A program made the position numbers and the translations under genes. A stretch of DNA of 62,181 nucleotides, counting the filler, from Vannella sp. (Eukaryota): the NCBI GenBank assembly GCA_023345925.1. It is 7 parts of 7 records of this genome, joined end to end, with 100 filler letters (N's around TTAATTAATTAA, not from the genome) between each part and the next. Parts side by side here need not be neighbours in the genome. Positions count along the whole stretch, not along the records: positions 48,432 to 55,448 come from JAJQQN010000845.1; positions 55,549 to 62,181 come from JAJQQN010001211.1; 5 more parts are not named here. The stretch is one strand, 5' to 3'. The notes under the pieces were generated by a model. The model did no database searches. It saw nothing but the letters and a program-made list of their open reading frames with translations, and had not been told where the DNA came from. Numbering within the stretch: position 1 is the stretch's first letter; the number at the start of each line of letters is the position of its first letter. Of the stretch, positions 48,463-60,864 are shown piece after piece.

Positions 48463-49460
48463 CGAAGTTTGGGGCGGAAACTCAGGAAAGTGTGAGAGAA
48501 CAGGAACCCAAAGGCAGCTCCTGTGCAGTAGTGAGATCCTGATGTGGACTGCAACCGATCACCCAAAGGAACTGACCTCCCAGATGTGCCGCGTGGGAGA
48601 TAGCGGCGGGAAAGGCTTGCATTCCTGAAAGGAAGCCGAAAAAATCCACTGTGAGGATGATCACAACGATTCGACTGATTGGCGTGGCCATACCCATCTG
48701 TAGGACCAAGTCAGCGCGACATTCCACTTCGATCGAGGTCTTACAAAGAGGATCTCCTCCAATGGGGTGATCACTGCTGCAGAAGAAGCAACTGCAGCGA
48801 CAACTCCGCTAAGTCCTTGACCAGAAGGACCCGGTGTGGTGTAAACGAAGGCCAGAGAGGACGCTGCCGCTGCTCCGAGACACAGAGCACTAAAGGCGAG
48901 GGGTCCCATGGCATGGAAGATGTAAGAACCAAAAGAATACATAGCTAGCATGTTGACAGCTCCGTGGAAGAGGTACTGGTGGCTCACTGCCGAGGTAAAA
49001 AGAGTCCACCATCGTCCTAAGCTATTTTTCAGCAACCACTCTTCTGTTCTCGGTCGTACGAACCTTCTGAAAGACTGCTTTTGCTAACAGTAAAGTTATC
49101 GTCCAAGAAGGTCTCTACTCGACGGATAAGGGGGCTGTATTCCCCTGGTAGGATGTTCTCCAAGAAATCACTCTGCCAACCGAGCCATACAGCAGCATTT
49201 ACAGCAAAGAGGGTACCATAGAAACGATTCCATTGCTTGAATACATGATCCTTAAGGTGTTCTGGGACTTCTGTCCCACGGACAAAGAAGCTTCGGACCT
49301 GAGGGACCGCCAACGGCTTCACCCTGAAGACAAGCAAGCTCGACCCGCTGCTACCCCGTGATCTGCATAGTATACCTCTTGAAGTCACCACAGAACTCCT
49401 TTGAACCATTGGTGCTCGCACTACAAGCCTCCCAGAAGCGCTCAAGCCCGCCCTCAACAT
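48463..49460 (-). CDS. Mitochondrial rhomboid protease (PARL/Pcp1-like), multi-exon
   Basis: Arg/Ser-rich presequence; RWWTLFTSAVSH, HGAVNM, GLSG (catalytic Ser), SHAAHLGG (catalytic His); last exon GAAFGFLF..RIL-TAG. Confidence 0.85.
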
Positions 49461-49551
49461 GCCCCCAACCCCAAGAGAACTCCAAATGACCCAAATCCTC
49501 TGCTAATCGATCATAAACAAGCAGGATTAGTATTTAGATGAGTGTTTGGCC

Positions 49552-51306
49552 CTAACAAGGGACGCAAGAAGGGCAAGAACAGAGAAACCCATAATCGCGC
49601 AAAAGCATGTTTCTCCGTTCTCCTTGAGAGAGACTTTCGTCGATGTAGGAGCGGCAAAGCTCGTCGCCCTTTTGAATCGGACTGCAAGCTATGAACTGAA
49701 TGCGAGAGTCGGGATGGCCGCAGGCAGCGACCACATTGGGAGAGCAAGAGTGGTTCATACAGTTTCCCAGTTGTAGCATACTAGTGGCAGAGAGCGGTTG
49801 GAGGTTCCTGAGGAAGGCACTGGATTGGAGCAAGTGGTTAATGTCATCTGTGGGAGTGCCACAAAGATTGGATAGCGTTGTTACCGCTACCAATTGAGAA
49901 GGCGCTAAAGAGGCCAGGTGAACATGAAAGTCAGTGATTGGGTGAACGTCCTGTGCGTTGCGTTGGATCATGGCGTAGAACTTTCGATAATTATCAATAG
50001 TGACTAGACCTTCGGTAAGCCAGGAAGGAACTTTCCTATAGTCAGTGGAGCCTCGCAGAAGATCTTGAATAAGTTTAAACATGGCCTCCTCTGCCGGGGA
50101 TGACTGCCCTTCACACTCAAAGAATTCGAACGGGCCAAAGTCCACATACTGAGGATCTTCCAAAGTCCGCTCTTGAGGAGATGAAGAATGGTAGTCAAGT
50201 ACAATGGCAAACATTTTCAAGATCAGTAAGGGATTGGAAGTGGCGCTGCCTCTACAAGAGAGTGAGTTTCAACAATCCAAAAGGAAGCATGTCGAAGGTG
50301 TTTCTTGCCTGTTCTCTTGAAGGAGCTGCGACCATAACAATCGTATCCCTTCGTCCTTTGCACAAAGGAAGCGGTGAGCACCCGAAGCTGCCTCACGGCA
50401 AGAAGGTGAACAATAAACAGTTTCACAAAAGGGACACGATTCTTGGACATCTGCGCGGGGCAAACCCTCACAAAGAGAGTTATAAAGTGATTTTGGTTCT
50501 AACTCATTGAAGTCGGACCGCTCTAAGCTTCTGTACAGGCAAAGAGAACATGTTTTGGGGTTGCAAGTGAGATTCTTCAGTTGGAGGCAAATAGGAGTCT
50601 CCCAAAAGATAACTTCTCCTGGCACAAATGAGCGGGTCGCAAACACTCCCTTCCCTCTTCCGTTTGGAGGACAGTAGCTTGTAGTACGGATGAAGCCTTT
50701 CTCAAAGGAAGCCAATCGCTTGTCGGAGCGCATCTGAGTTACCCAATGGCTCAAAGTTTGATTCTCTGCCTCTACCTTTACTTCAATACCTTCTCCTTGT
50801 AATAGCGTACGATAGAAGCTCTCTGTGAAGGAGGGAATCAGAGGAATCATGTCGAACTCAAGTGACTTACCGACGAGGAGCTGTTCTGCTGCCCGATACT
50901 GCTTCACCAAGGGAGATATTGAACTGTTAGGTGATTTCAGTCCTTTAGAGATGGATGAGAGGGTCACAGCCTTCGCTCTCTTCAAGAGATGTCTAGAGGA
51001 AGGTGTTCCTCCTTCAGAGATGGCCAGACTCTGCAAAGCCTCAGAGAGGCGGAAGGAAGACTTTTCTAACTCTGGATTGCACCGAAGAGAAGCCTCTGCC
51101 TCCTCTGCAGCCTCTCGCCATCGCCCTAATCGGAGCGCGCACGCGCTGAGGTTGCTGTGTAGAATGGCCAGCAGACTCTGCTCCTCCACACCCAGCCCCT
51201 GCACCCCTTTGAGAGCATCTCTATAAAGCACTATCGCCTCCTCGTACTTCCCACAGGCAAAGAAAGAGTTGGCCTGCTTCTTCAAGTCCTCAACAACTTC
51301 CCCCAT
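49552..51306 (-). CDS. TPR-SET/MYND lysine methyltransferase (SMYD-like)
   Basis: N-terminal TPRs; GRGKGVFATR; MYND CPFCETVYCSPSC; MNHSCSPN, GDELCRSY, YGFLCSCPSC. One intron near 50252..50308. Confidence 0.9.
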
Positions 51307-51349
51307 TAAAATGGTCTAATTTCGCTCATTTTTCATTTTCCATCATCAG

Positions 51350-52141
51350 ATGATGGAAACATTATTATTGGTGATGGCGGGGTGGAGTGAGCTGCCAGAG
51401 GAAGTTGTGTCTGTCGTACTCGCAGAATTAGGGTCTGTGGATGTGTTTCGGTTGCGTTTAGTGTGCTCCCGGTGGAACTATATCCTTCGTGATAAGGAGG
51501 TGACTCTCAGAGTGGCCCAGCGCGAGTTTGTCCTGACAGAAGAGGAAGTCTCCCACTTTAACGAAGATTATCTTCGCATCCTCACGTACCAAGCCGCGTG
51601 TCTCTTTCGTACCCTATACTCTAACTCGTCTCCAGTAGAGAAGATCAACTCTGCTCTCCAAACACTGAAAGGGCTTCTCTTGGAACCACTTTGGGTCGAA
51701 GTGCTGGGCGAAGTCTGCTTCATCTTCAACGGAAGGAACGCTGTTGCTGTTCTCCACTATCTAGCCAATGAAAGCAACACCACAGAGGCTATCCTTAATC
51801 AGTTGGGAGCCCAAGTGGACCCGTTCTTGATAAGACAGTTTGTGAACGTGAAACACCCGCTTGGCCACCTTCCACTTCACGTAGCAGTGTACAATAACAA
51901 CATCCATGTCACTAAGTGGCTCTTGCAACACGGAGCAAGCGTGAAAGCCCAAGAATCTAACTACTTCCAGACTGCCTTTCTCATCGCGGTCCAAAGAGCC
52001 GATCCCCCTATGTTGCGCCTTCTACTGGACCACAACGCTGACGGCACTGATGTAGACCGCGATCTGATGGGAATGATCACCCTCGCACGACGCAATCCCA
52101 ACCCTTCAGTACTTCCCTTTTGCCAGAACATGATTGTCTAA
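51350..52141 (+). CDS. F-box and ankyrin-repeat protein
   Basis: LPEEVVSVVLAEL..LRLVCSRW F-box; GHLPLHVAV..WLLQHGA and TAFLIAV..LLLDHNAD ankyrin repeats. Confidence 0.88.
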   Translation: MMETLLLVMAGWSELPEEVVSVVLAELGSVDVFRLRLVCSRWNYILRDKEVTLRVAQREFVLTEEEVSHFNEDYLRILTYQAACLFRTLYSNSSPVEKINSALQTLKGLLLEPLWVEVLGEVCFIFNGRNAVAVLHYLANESNTTEAILNQLGAQVDPFLIRQFVNVKHPLGHLPLHVAVYNNNIHVTKWLLQHGASVKAQESNYFQTAFLIAVQRADPPMLRLLLDHNADGTDVDRDLMGMITLARRNPNPSVLPFCQNMIV

Positions 52142-52242
52142 AGTGGGAATTATCGATTCCCTCCCAACGCAGTCTCCTGGGCATCCGAATCAATCCGCAA
52201 AGCACCGTGTTAGGAAGTCATTACTGCAGTATCAGTGAAGGA

Positions 52243-55179
52243 TCAGGACTCGGGAAGAAAAGGATGGGTCTTGAAGTTTCGGCCCGAAAGGGGGCAGATG
52301 GATGGGTCTTCCATGCATTTGTGATGGGCAATAACCCCATTGGGGAAGCAGACAAACACAGAGTCACCAATGGGAGCTCTGCACACATTACAACTGAAAT
52401 AACGATCGACGACAATGGAGCGGCTGCGAGCTTTGTAGAGGCGATCGTTGAATAGAATCCTCTCCATTCGGCAAAGACTTGCTTCTACTCGCTTCATGCG
52501 AAGCTCAGTGAGAGCGTTTTGGTTGGAAGTACAAAGAAAGTTCTCGATTTTCTCCAAAGGAATGTCGTCGGGAAGGATTTGGAGCACCTCTAAGGGGTCG
52601 AAAGAGGCTCCTCTTGCATTCATCAAGGCAAACGCATTCTCAGGAATGTCACATGCGGCGCTAATCATTCGTTAGAACCTCCAAAGGGGGTCTTCATTGA
52701 CTCACTTGGCCACCCGAGTATCCATATACATGTGAAGAAGGTCAAAGAAGAGATTCGATTGAGCTCTTTCACTGTGTTTGGCACAATATTCATCTGCAGC
52801 TTGAAAGTCTTGTTTCTTGTGCACAAGAATATCTAAAGCATCCTTGTGCCTTTGCATCTGGCCGTTTGGATAAGAATCGTTGTTTGGGGAGGGCAAATAA
52901 ACTCACTCTGCTGTAGAGCAACACAGAAGCGTCCCACATCGTAGAGTTGCCTTGGATTCGGCCCAGTAACGTGGCAGGATTGTAGTCCTCAGAGAATTGG
53001 AGGAGTCTAATCAGACACTCTTCAACTCTCTTTAGCATGGCAGGATCAATGATTTGATTAAAGCCTGGCTGATCTGCGAGACGAACTCGATTTCTTCGGC
53101 CCCGGGAAATAACTGGGACTTGGTTGGCTTCTTGAAGGAGCTCGATGCAAATAACCCCCATTTGAGTGTGAAGAGGCTCCTCTCGAACCCCTCGCACGAA
53201 GACTAGGAACTGAATATACTCCATTTCGTAAAACTTTCCGTATTCTCTCACGATAGCGAGGGTATCCTCTCGATTCAGCTCACAAACTCTCTCTGGTGAG
53301 GTCAAAATTCGGATAGAACGTGCAGGATCTCGCTGCATTGCCCATCTAACATGTTCTAGTACCAGAGCAGAGTCGTTACATGCAATAAGAAGCTCAATAG
53401 CATCATCAAGTGGGTCATAGCCAGTACGGATTATCTGCTCTAACCCAATCCTACTTTCAAGGTGAGTTTCATGATTCTCAGGCCAGACAAACCTCACGAT
53501 TGGATGCATGTGAGTGCTTGTGAGAAGTGTCGGTGGGACTTGTAAAGTTTGACGAGATGATGAAGAATGCCTTTGGCAAGCAAACAAGCTTCTGCATCCT
53601 CAAAGAGGATGCTATTCGAAGTCTCCAGCAGCTGGTCAACTTTGCTATCATCAAATTCAACATAAAGCTTCAGTAGAGCCGTGTCCAGCCACTATTCTGA
53701 GGTTAGATTGAACCACAAAAGGACACCAATTCTCACCTGCAGGACAGAAGAGGGAAGGGATCTATTTCTCTTTGCTTCGAGAAAGCGCAGAAGCTGTCTT
53801 CTTGAAGTCTCGCGGTCCAGGGAAGCGTCCAAGTCATAGGAATATTCTCGCTTAAACGACATTGTTGTCTCTTCCTCCGTAATAATTAGATCCCGAAACA
53901 GCACAATGAGCTCTCGAGGATCTATAGAGGATCCTATCAGTACAGGTAGTGCCTGGTCGTAGTTTCCCTGCGTGAACCAAACAATCCCCACTCGCATATA
54001 GAACACTCGTAAGCTCTGCGGTTCCTCCCTCCACACCACCTTTGCCAGATCCAGTGCACTTTGCAAATTCTTTGAGTCAATAAGCTCTTCCAATTGGGCC
54101 TGGATTGGCTTGCTACGTAGTGAATAGATGAGGTCTCTGCGGGATTGGAGCAGCAATTCACCGCGGTGGATATGAGGAGCTCCTTGAAGAGAAGCTAGTC
54201 TCTGAACCAGCTTTTGGTCATAAACATTGTGCACTTCAATGACGTCACCGATCAGTAGGGCAACAAGATATGGGAACTGGAAGCTGACTGAGAGCACAGG
54301 AGCACTCCAGGAGATGCTACCACGCGTGATCTTGCCTTGAAAGTCAACAAAGACACCCACTTGATCAGATACTAAGAGGATGTCTTCTTGTGTGCAAGCC
54401 ATCAAGGGGCGGCCGTTCTGTGGGAGAGCGAAGAGCTGTTGTATCTGCCCTGTGGTGAGATCAACCGCCAGGTAGTTGGTAGATGTTCCCAAGAAACATC
54501 GATTCATCGCCCATTCCATCCGGGGACTCAACTGAGCCTCCAGTAAAGGGACAGAGAAGAAAGGAACCGGCTCCTTCTTACTACTCTGAATCTCGTAGAA
54601 GGAGAGACCAGATCTTGTCTGACAACAAACACGGAACGTGTCACGAGGGTATTGAACACAGAAGTTCATCACACGGTTGTCCCCAGCAACGCGCATCAGC
54701 TGCCCTATCGCTTGGACCGTCGCTTTCGTTGATCCCACCTCTTTTGGGATCGTTATAGAGAAGTCTAGAGAGAACATGTTCATCACAAACAACTGTCCGC
54801 CTGTTGAACGAAGGATTGGTGCCCTGAATCGAGCAAACAGTGGGGGAACTCACCGCAAAGGACGACGAGTGAAGCAAACTCAGGAACGGCGATAATCTGT
54901 TGAATAGGAGTACCTGAAGCTGCCATTTGAAGAGCTTTCCGACCTTTGCAAGTGAAGAGGCCCTTTCCTGCTGGTCAGAGAGACTCGCGACTTCGTTCGG
55001 AAGTTCCTCACTTCTGCGTCGGTCTGGAACTCGTACACGATCAGCTTCCCGTCCATTGTACCAACATAAGCAAGAGAAGACGCTGTTGTACACGCTGATA
55101 CAGCTAACGAGCCATCCTTATGCTTGATTGTGTGGAAAAGCAGAACCTCAAAGATGGAGCCTGTTCCCCCGGACCCCAT
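52243..55179 (-). CDS. Vps39/Vam6/TGFBRAP1-family tethering subunit (CNH, clathrin-like repeat, C-terminal Zn finger), multi-exon
   Basis: YVGTMDGKL; GVFVDFQG..ISWS; DPRELIVLF; HKDALDILV..ADEYC; CNVCRAPIG..FPNG..HHKC; CPLSG. Confidence 0.87.
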
Positions 55180-55448
55180 CTCGGCCCTCTTCTGAAACAA
55201 AATGTATTGCAATAATATTACATTGGGAAAGGACCTTGATCTTGGACAATCAATCAAGAGAGCGAACAGAGGAAGACTTTTGGTCCGATTCCTCCGGAAG
55301 AGGTTAGAAAGGAGCAGTCTAGGGCAACAAACCAGTAACTTCCGGAAGGTACCGGTTTGTTGCCCTTGGCTGCGTCTCTTAGAAGGGAGAGGAAGGGCAC
55401 CAAAAAGGGAGAAAGACCCATTTTGAGAAAAGACCGCTGCCGTGGAGC

Positions 55449-55548
55449 NNNNNNNNNNNNNNNNNNNNNNNNNNNNNNNNNNNNNNNNNNNNTTAATTAA
55501 TTAANNNNNNNNNNNNNNNNNNNNNNNNNNNNNNNNNNNNNNNNNNNN
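55449..55548. other. Artificial contig spacer
   Basis: N44-TTAATTAATTAA-N44. Confidence 0.98.
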
Positions 55549-55753
55549 AAGTTCTCTTTTGTTGCCAATTCCCGTCGCAGGCGGATGGAACCAACCCCCA
55601 GACCCACAAACTGCACGAAAGTGGAGCTCATCCCCTCCCAAGCTTCCCCGACTCACAGGGAGTGGATTAAATGATCTCTTTCCCTTCCTCCCCACCAACA
55701 GGGAGAGGAGTAAATCCTCCTTGGCCTTCCTCGCTCCCTTTCTGCTCGCTTTC

Positions 55754-57531
55754 TCACTTCTTTATTGGCCAATACTCTCGGTTCGACAATGCAGTTGATC
55801 TCGGGTCGCCGGAAAGGGGAAGAGTGAGCGGGTTGGAGTTTGGGAGGTGAGTAGGAGAGTTCGAGCGGGGTTGGGAGTTGGAGTCAGAGTTTGTTGGGGG
55901 ATGAGAGTCGAGGGAGTGAGAAGGAAGAAAAGAGTCTGAGTGGGTGGAGGCTAGGGAATGAATGTGGGAGTTGAAAATGGATAGGGGAGGAGAGTATTTG
56001 GATACATAAGGGGCCGGGTTGAAGCGTCGAGGAAGCCCGTCCGCATTCTTATAACGGATGGTGCCGAAGATTGAGCGCTCCGGAAAAGGTCGATCGTGAA
56101 GCCCTCCAATGCACCAGAGACTGCTCCCTCCCCGTCAGATTCAGAAAATCAATGCAGAAGCGATGCGTTATCCTACCAACCGACGTAGCCATTTGGATCG
56201 CGCCCGTCAAGATTGTAGCGATCATTAAGGTAGATCGCAATGCGCAAGGCTTCTTCGGGACTCTCCGCCCATTCCAGAATGCCTTTGGCCCATTGCATCC
56301 GACACCACTATTTCTCTCAGCTCCAATCCATTCACACGAACGATATGCAGTTACGTACGCCGTGTAGTTTCCCTTCCACCATCAATTGAGTTTGCATTGC
56401 ATTCCAGAAAGTGGAGTGGGTTTGGGCGCCTTCGAACTGTTGAATAGAGTACTTGTGAAAACGGTTGTCTGCTGAATGTTTTTGTAGAGTCTGTTGAGCC
56501 CATGTGGGAGCCCCTTGAAGCGAGTCATAAAGGGGCTGATACCAGCAAAAGTTATCTGCCAGTTCTCGGAAGATCAAAGCTTCCTCAATCCACTTCTCTG
56601 CTGACTTTTGTAAAGCCCGAGTTTGAGCAAAAGCGCTGACAGCCAGGATGGCCCTTTGGGGTGCCAGTTGCCCAAAGTGGAAAAAAGGAGACAAGTTGCT
56701 GAGCCCATCAACGCTGGGATTATTCCGGAGTGCAGAGTACGCTTTGAGCTTATTCTCACAAAAAGCGGTCAGTAACCGACGCCCTGATTGGGATCCTGGC
56801 ACAAGCCAAGTCACAGGACCAATGCGTCTGTCGATTCTCAGGCAATCCATGGCGTCTTGCCAGTCTGGGGCGCGAGGAAGCTCCACAGGGAGGCAGTTGG
56901 CTTCGAGCTCAGGAAAGTCCACCAGGAACTTGGCTTGGAGCTGTTTCATTTTGGGGCGGAGCGTACGAGCTGCTGACTCCTGTTTACTTGAGAGGTGCCA
57001 GACTGGAACAACGTTGTGTCCATCCACGAGAAAGAACGGGACTGACGCACTCTCCAATCGGTCGGCAACTTGAGACACCCATTCTCGAGGTACTCGCAGT
57101 GGGCTCATGTCCGTGATCACTTCACTCACCTGACGACAAGAGGCAAAGAGAGGGATCGAATTTGCGGGGTTCCCACGGAGGAGGAAGAAGGGAATCCGCT
57201 TCCTCCGCAAGTCCGCTTCGGTCTCTTCCAGTCCCTTGAGGAGAAAGTCGTATTGTCTGGCAGTTGCCTCCAGGAAATGAGGTACTAGGTTGAAGGCAAC
57301 CACCAGGGGTGCTGCTAGTTGATTGGCGCGCTCTCTGGCGAACAGAAGGGCCCAGTTGTCGTCAGCGCGCATCTCCCTCGACATCCAGTAGAGAACTGGC
57401 CCTCTCTGGTGTCCCATCTGCACCTGGTTCATGTCCTCATCTTTGATAGGACTTAGCAGACCTCCCTTGCCCACTCTCCTCACCCGCTCTTCCTGCACGG
57501 AAGGCACGCGCCCCACTTTCCCGCCAGACAT
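55754..57531 (-). CDS. Class II CPD photolyase, 3 exons
   Basis: [49 protein letters not shown]. Spliced exons give [39 protein letters not shown], then a Ser/Pro tail to TGA at 55754. Confidence 0.92.
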
Positions 57532-57597
57532 GGAATGATGGGAGGCCTTTTCCCTCCCTTTCCCCCATCAATAGAACTGTTGGGTTCCTCTTTTCTT

Positions 57598-59045
57598 TCA
57601 ATCGGTTAATTCCTGCATCAGATCTTGCAGTAACTCCTGCAGGAGAGGTAAACGCTCCACAGCGTGGGGCCAGCGGCCATCGCGCTCGAGATCTATCAGT
57701 GCTGGCACGCAAGAAGTGATCCAAGAGTCTCCTATCTCACGTAGGAGAGGGATAATGATCCCCAGATCCTCTGAGAGTCCCGAAAGCGGGTATTCAAGGA
57801 GCTGCTGAACTGCAAAAGTGTCATAACGCACCAAGGCCAAAAGCCACATCTCGACGAGGAAGCGACCGTCACTCGTTCTCTGATAGAGTCTCTCGCGCTC
57901 TTCCATTCCTATTCTCCCCTTCTTTTTCTTTAAGGACTTGAAGGTCCAGTGGAACATTGTCAACCCCTTCTGGGACCGGGCCGGTACTCGGTGAGTCGGC
58001 GAATCCTGGAGGACTAGAAGCAGCTCCATGATATCCTCCCATTCTTTACCTCTGCATGGTGCCAGTTAGATCGTTAAGAAGCGGCCGAAGGGCCAACGCA
58101 CCGCTCATTCTCATCCTCTATCATGGCCAATGCCACTCGAAGAAGGGAGACCGAAAACGCATCCACTTGGAAGTAACTATAAAGGAGAGCGATCTCCACC
58201 AGAGCCTCTCTCATGGGAGTATAAAGATCGTGCTGCTGCTGCTGCTGCTGGGAAGAGTCTGGCTTCGAAGCAAAGTGAGGAGGAACCAGCTCCTTGACAC
58301 TCTTCCACACCTCCTTCATCTCCCTCAAGCTCGCTGAAAGGGTCCCGGCTGCTCCTTGTTGCTGAAGGAGCCTAATCAGGGCTGGCGAAAGGAAGGTTCG
58401 AAGAGCTAATCGGGCGTAGCGAAGAGCTTCGTCATAAAGGGTTCCCAAACCGAGCCCGCTGGACATGAAGAGGCGGCTGAGCATCATCGCCACCTTACAG
58501 CTCATCATTGCTCTGCCAATCGGTGCGCAGGCGATCCAAGACTCTTCGGCGCAGCCAGCCAGCTCTTGCAGATGGTAGAGGATCTTGTGGAGCCAGCTAG
58601 CACCTGCTTGGATGTAGCCATCTTGGAGAAGACGGTGTGCTACTCCAAACATCCCTTTGAGAGCCTGATTGGGCGTCGCTGTCAGCTTGGACTCCCAAAC
58701 CGCGGCTTCTCTCTCCCAGTGCCCTCGTGGTGGTGTTGTTGCGGGGTTCCTGGTGGGACTGAGTACCTTGACAGGAGAGTGGCGACTTCTCTCCCTCTCC
58801 AGGGCTTGCTGATGCTTTGCAGACTTCTCGTGAGCGAGAAAAGTGAACTCGTTCCCGAAACGCTTCCGACAGGGCGTGCAGAACCGCTCTCCGCTCTCTG
58901 GTGAGTCAAAGAGCCCACCAGAACGCGAGGGCGACACTTGGGGAGAGAGCGTCGCCCCTCCCAAGACTGTTCGCACGAAAGGTTCAGTCCACACAGTCGC
59001 ATCAAGCCCAGCACACGAAGGGAGAAGCTCAAACCGGTCGAGCAT
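57598..59045 (-). CDS. U1/matrin-type C2H2 zinc-finger protein with helical C-terminus (probably spliced)
   Basis: FCTPCRKRFGNEFTFLAHEKSAKHQ. The join of ORF 58074..59045 to ORF 57598..58029 is not resolved. Confidence 0.55.
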
Positions 59046-59097
59046 AGGGGCAAACTGGTGAAATGAGTGAAATGCCCTTCATTCGCTCGTGGCGCCC

Positions 59098-60742
59098 ATG
59101 AAGCCCACTCGTCAGGCCTCTGAGGCTTTTGGACTGGATCAGAGCGTACCAGCTGCTAGCAACCTCGCACAACGACTGACGAGTGAGAACGAAGCGATTT
59201 GGGCGCGTCTGGGGAAGATAAGCGAGATGGTGAACGAGCCGGAGCACGCTTCCTTTTCGTACGAGAATGTGCTGCGTCACAACCCCTACAATGCCAAAGC
59301 CCTGGCTCAGGTAGCTTCTTTGTATCGTATGCGCGAGCAGTACCCGCAGGCGGTGACCTACTTTCGCCGTATCCTCGAAGTGGATGAAACCAACGGGGAT
59401 ATCTGGAGCGAGCTAGGGCACTGCTACCTCATGACAGACGAGCTATCTCAAGCCTACGCTGCTTACCAGAACGCACTCTATCACCTCACCAACCCAAAGG
59501 TGGGCCAGCCCTTTTGGTTCCTTTCTTTGGTTGACGGGCGGGCTATGAACAGGACACCAAGCTGTGGTATGGTATTGGCATCCTATACGACCGATACGGA
59601 TCGTTAGAACACGCTGAAGAGGCCTTCACAGCGGTCCTCAAACTCGCCCCACAGTTTGAGAAGTCCCACGAGATCTACTTTCGTCTGGGGATCATCTACA
59701 AGCAACAGGGCAAGTACAAAGAGAGCTTAGAGGTAATTCTACTTTCAAATAGGCTTGCTCTCCTAAGAGACTCTTGCAGTGTCTAGGCTCTATCCTCAAT
59801 GCGCCGCCAGTTCCTTTGAGCCAAGCGGACATCCATTTCCAGATTGGCCACGTTTACGAGCTACAGAAGGATGTGAGATTCACCCGTATGAGGTCAGACG
59901 GAAGCAACTCACCACCGGGGAAGTACGAGAATGCCAAACGGTCATACGAGCGTGTCTTGCAGATCAATCCGTCTCATTCAAAGGTTCTCCAGCAGCTGGG
60001 CTGGCTGTATCATCACAACCCATCATGGGGGGACCAACAATTAGCTATATCCTATCTCATGCGCTCCATTGAGGCCGACCAGAATGATGGACAAACCTGG
60101 TACCTTCTCGGGCGCTGCTACATGGGGCAGCAGCAGTTTCAGAAGGCCTATGATGCTTATCAGCGTGCAGTGTTGAAAGACAGTCAGAATCCTACCTTCT
60201 GGTGCTCCATTGGAGTGCTCTACTATCAGATTAATCAGTTTAGTGACGCCTTGGACGCTTACACGCGCGCCATTAAGCTGAATCCTCACCTCAGTGAGGT
60301 TTGGTATGATCTGGGGACTCTATACGAGAGCTGCAAGCAGATCTCTGACTCTTTGGACGCTTACACGAAGGCCTCGGAGCTGGATCCGAGCAACGAGCAC
60401 ATCAAAGAGAGGCTGACTATGCTTCGCGCTCAGCACCTCAACCCGTCTGTTCCCTTCCCTTCCTCTCTTTCAGTCTCCTCTAATATCCATTCTCTTGTAG
60501 TGGGACGCCCATGAGCATGCCCAAGCCGGTGCCGACTCATCCCCCCGCCATGCCGCAATCCTTAGGAGGGGTATGTTCCTCCTCCCCTCGTCGTCTGCCC
60601 CTCACCTCCCACCTGCCAGCCCTCGGTCAACCAATCGATCCCTCCCATGTCCAACTTCTCTAAACCCTTCCCAGAGTCTTCCAACGATCTCAAACGGAAG
60701 GAGGAGTTACGGTCGCCCGCGCCTTTGGGTCGAAGCGAGTGA
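59098..60742 (+). CDS. General transcriptional corepressor Cyc8/Ssn6 (TrfA-like) TPR protein, multi-exon
   Basis: SYENVLRHNPYN, WSELGHCYLM..AYQNALYHL, LWYGIGILYDRYG, IHFQIGHVYE, PTFWCSIGVLYYQINQ, SEVWYDLGTLYESC. Confidence 0.92.
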
Positions 60743-60864
60743 AGAAAGACCGATCTTATCCATTGCTGATCGCTAAAACAGTTGTTATCAACCCGCACAT
60801 TGAAAAGGGCGCCAAAAGCCCATTCTTCACTTGGCGGCGGAGGCGAAGGGCGGAGAGGGCACCG

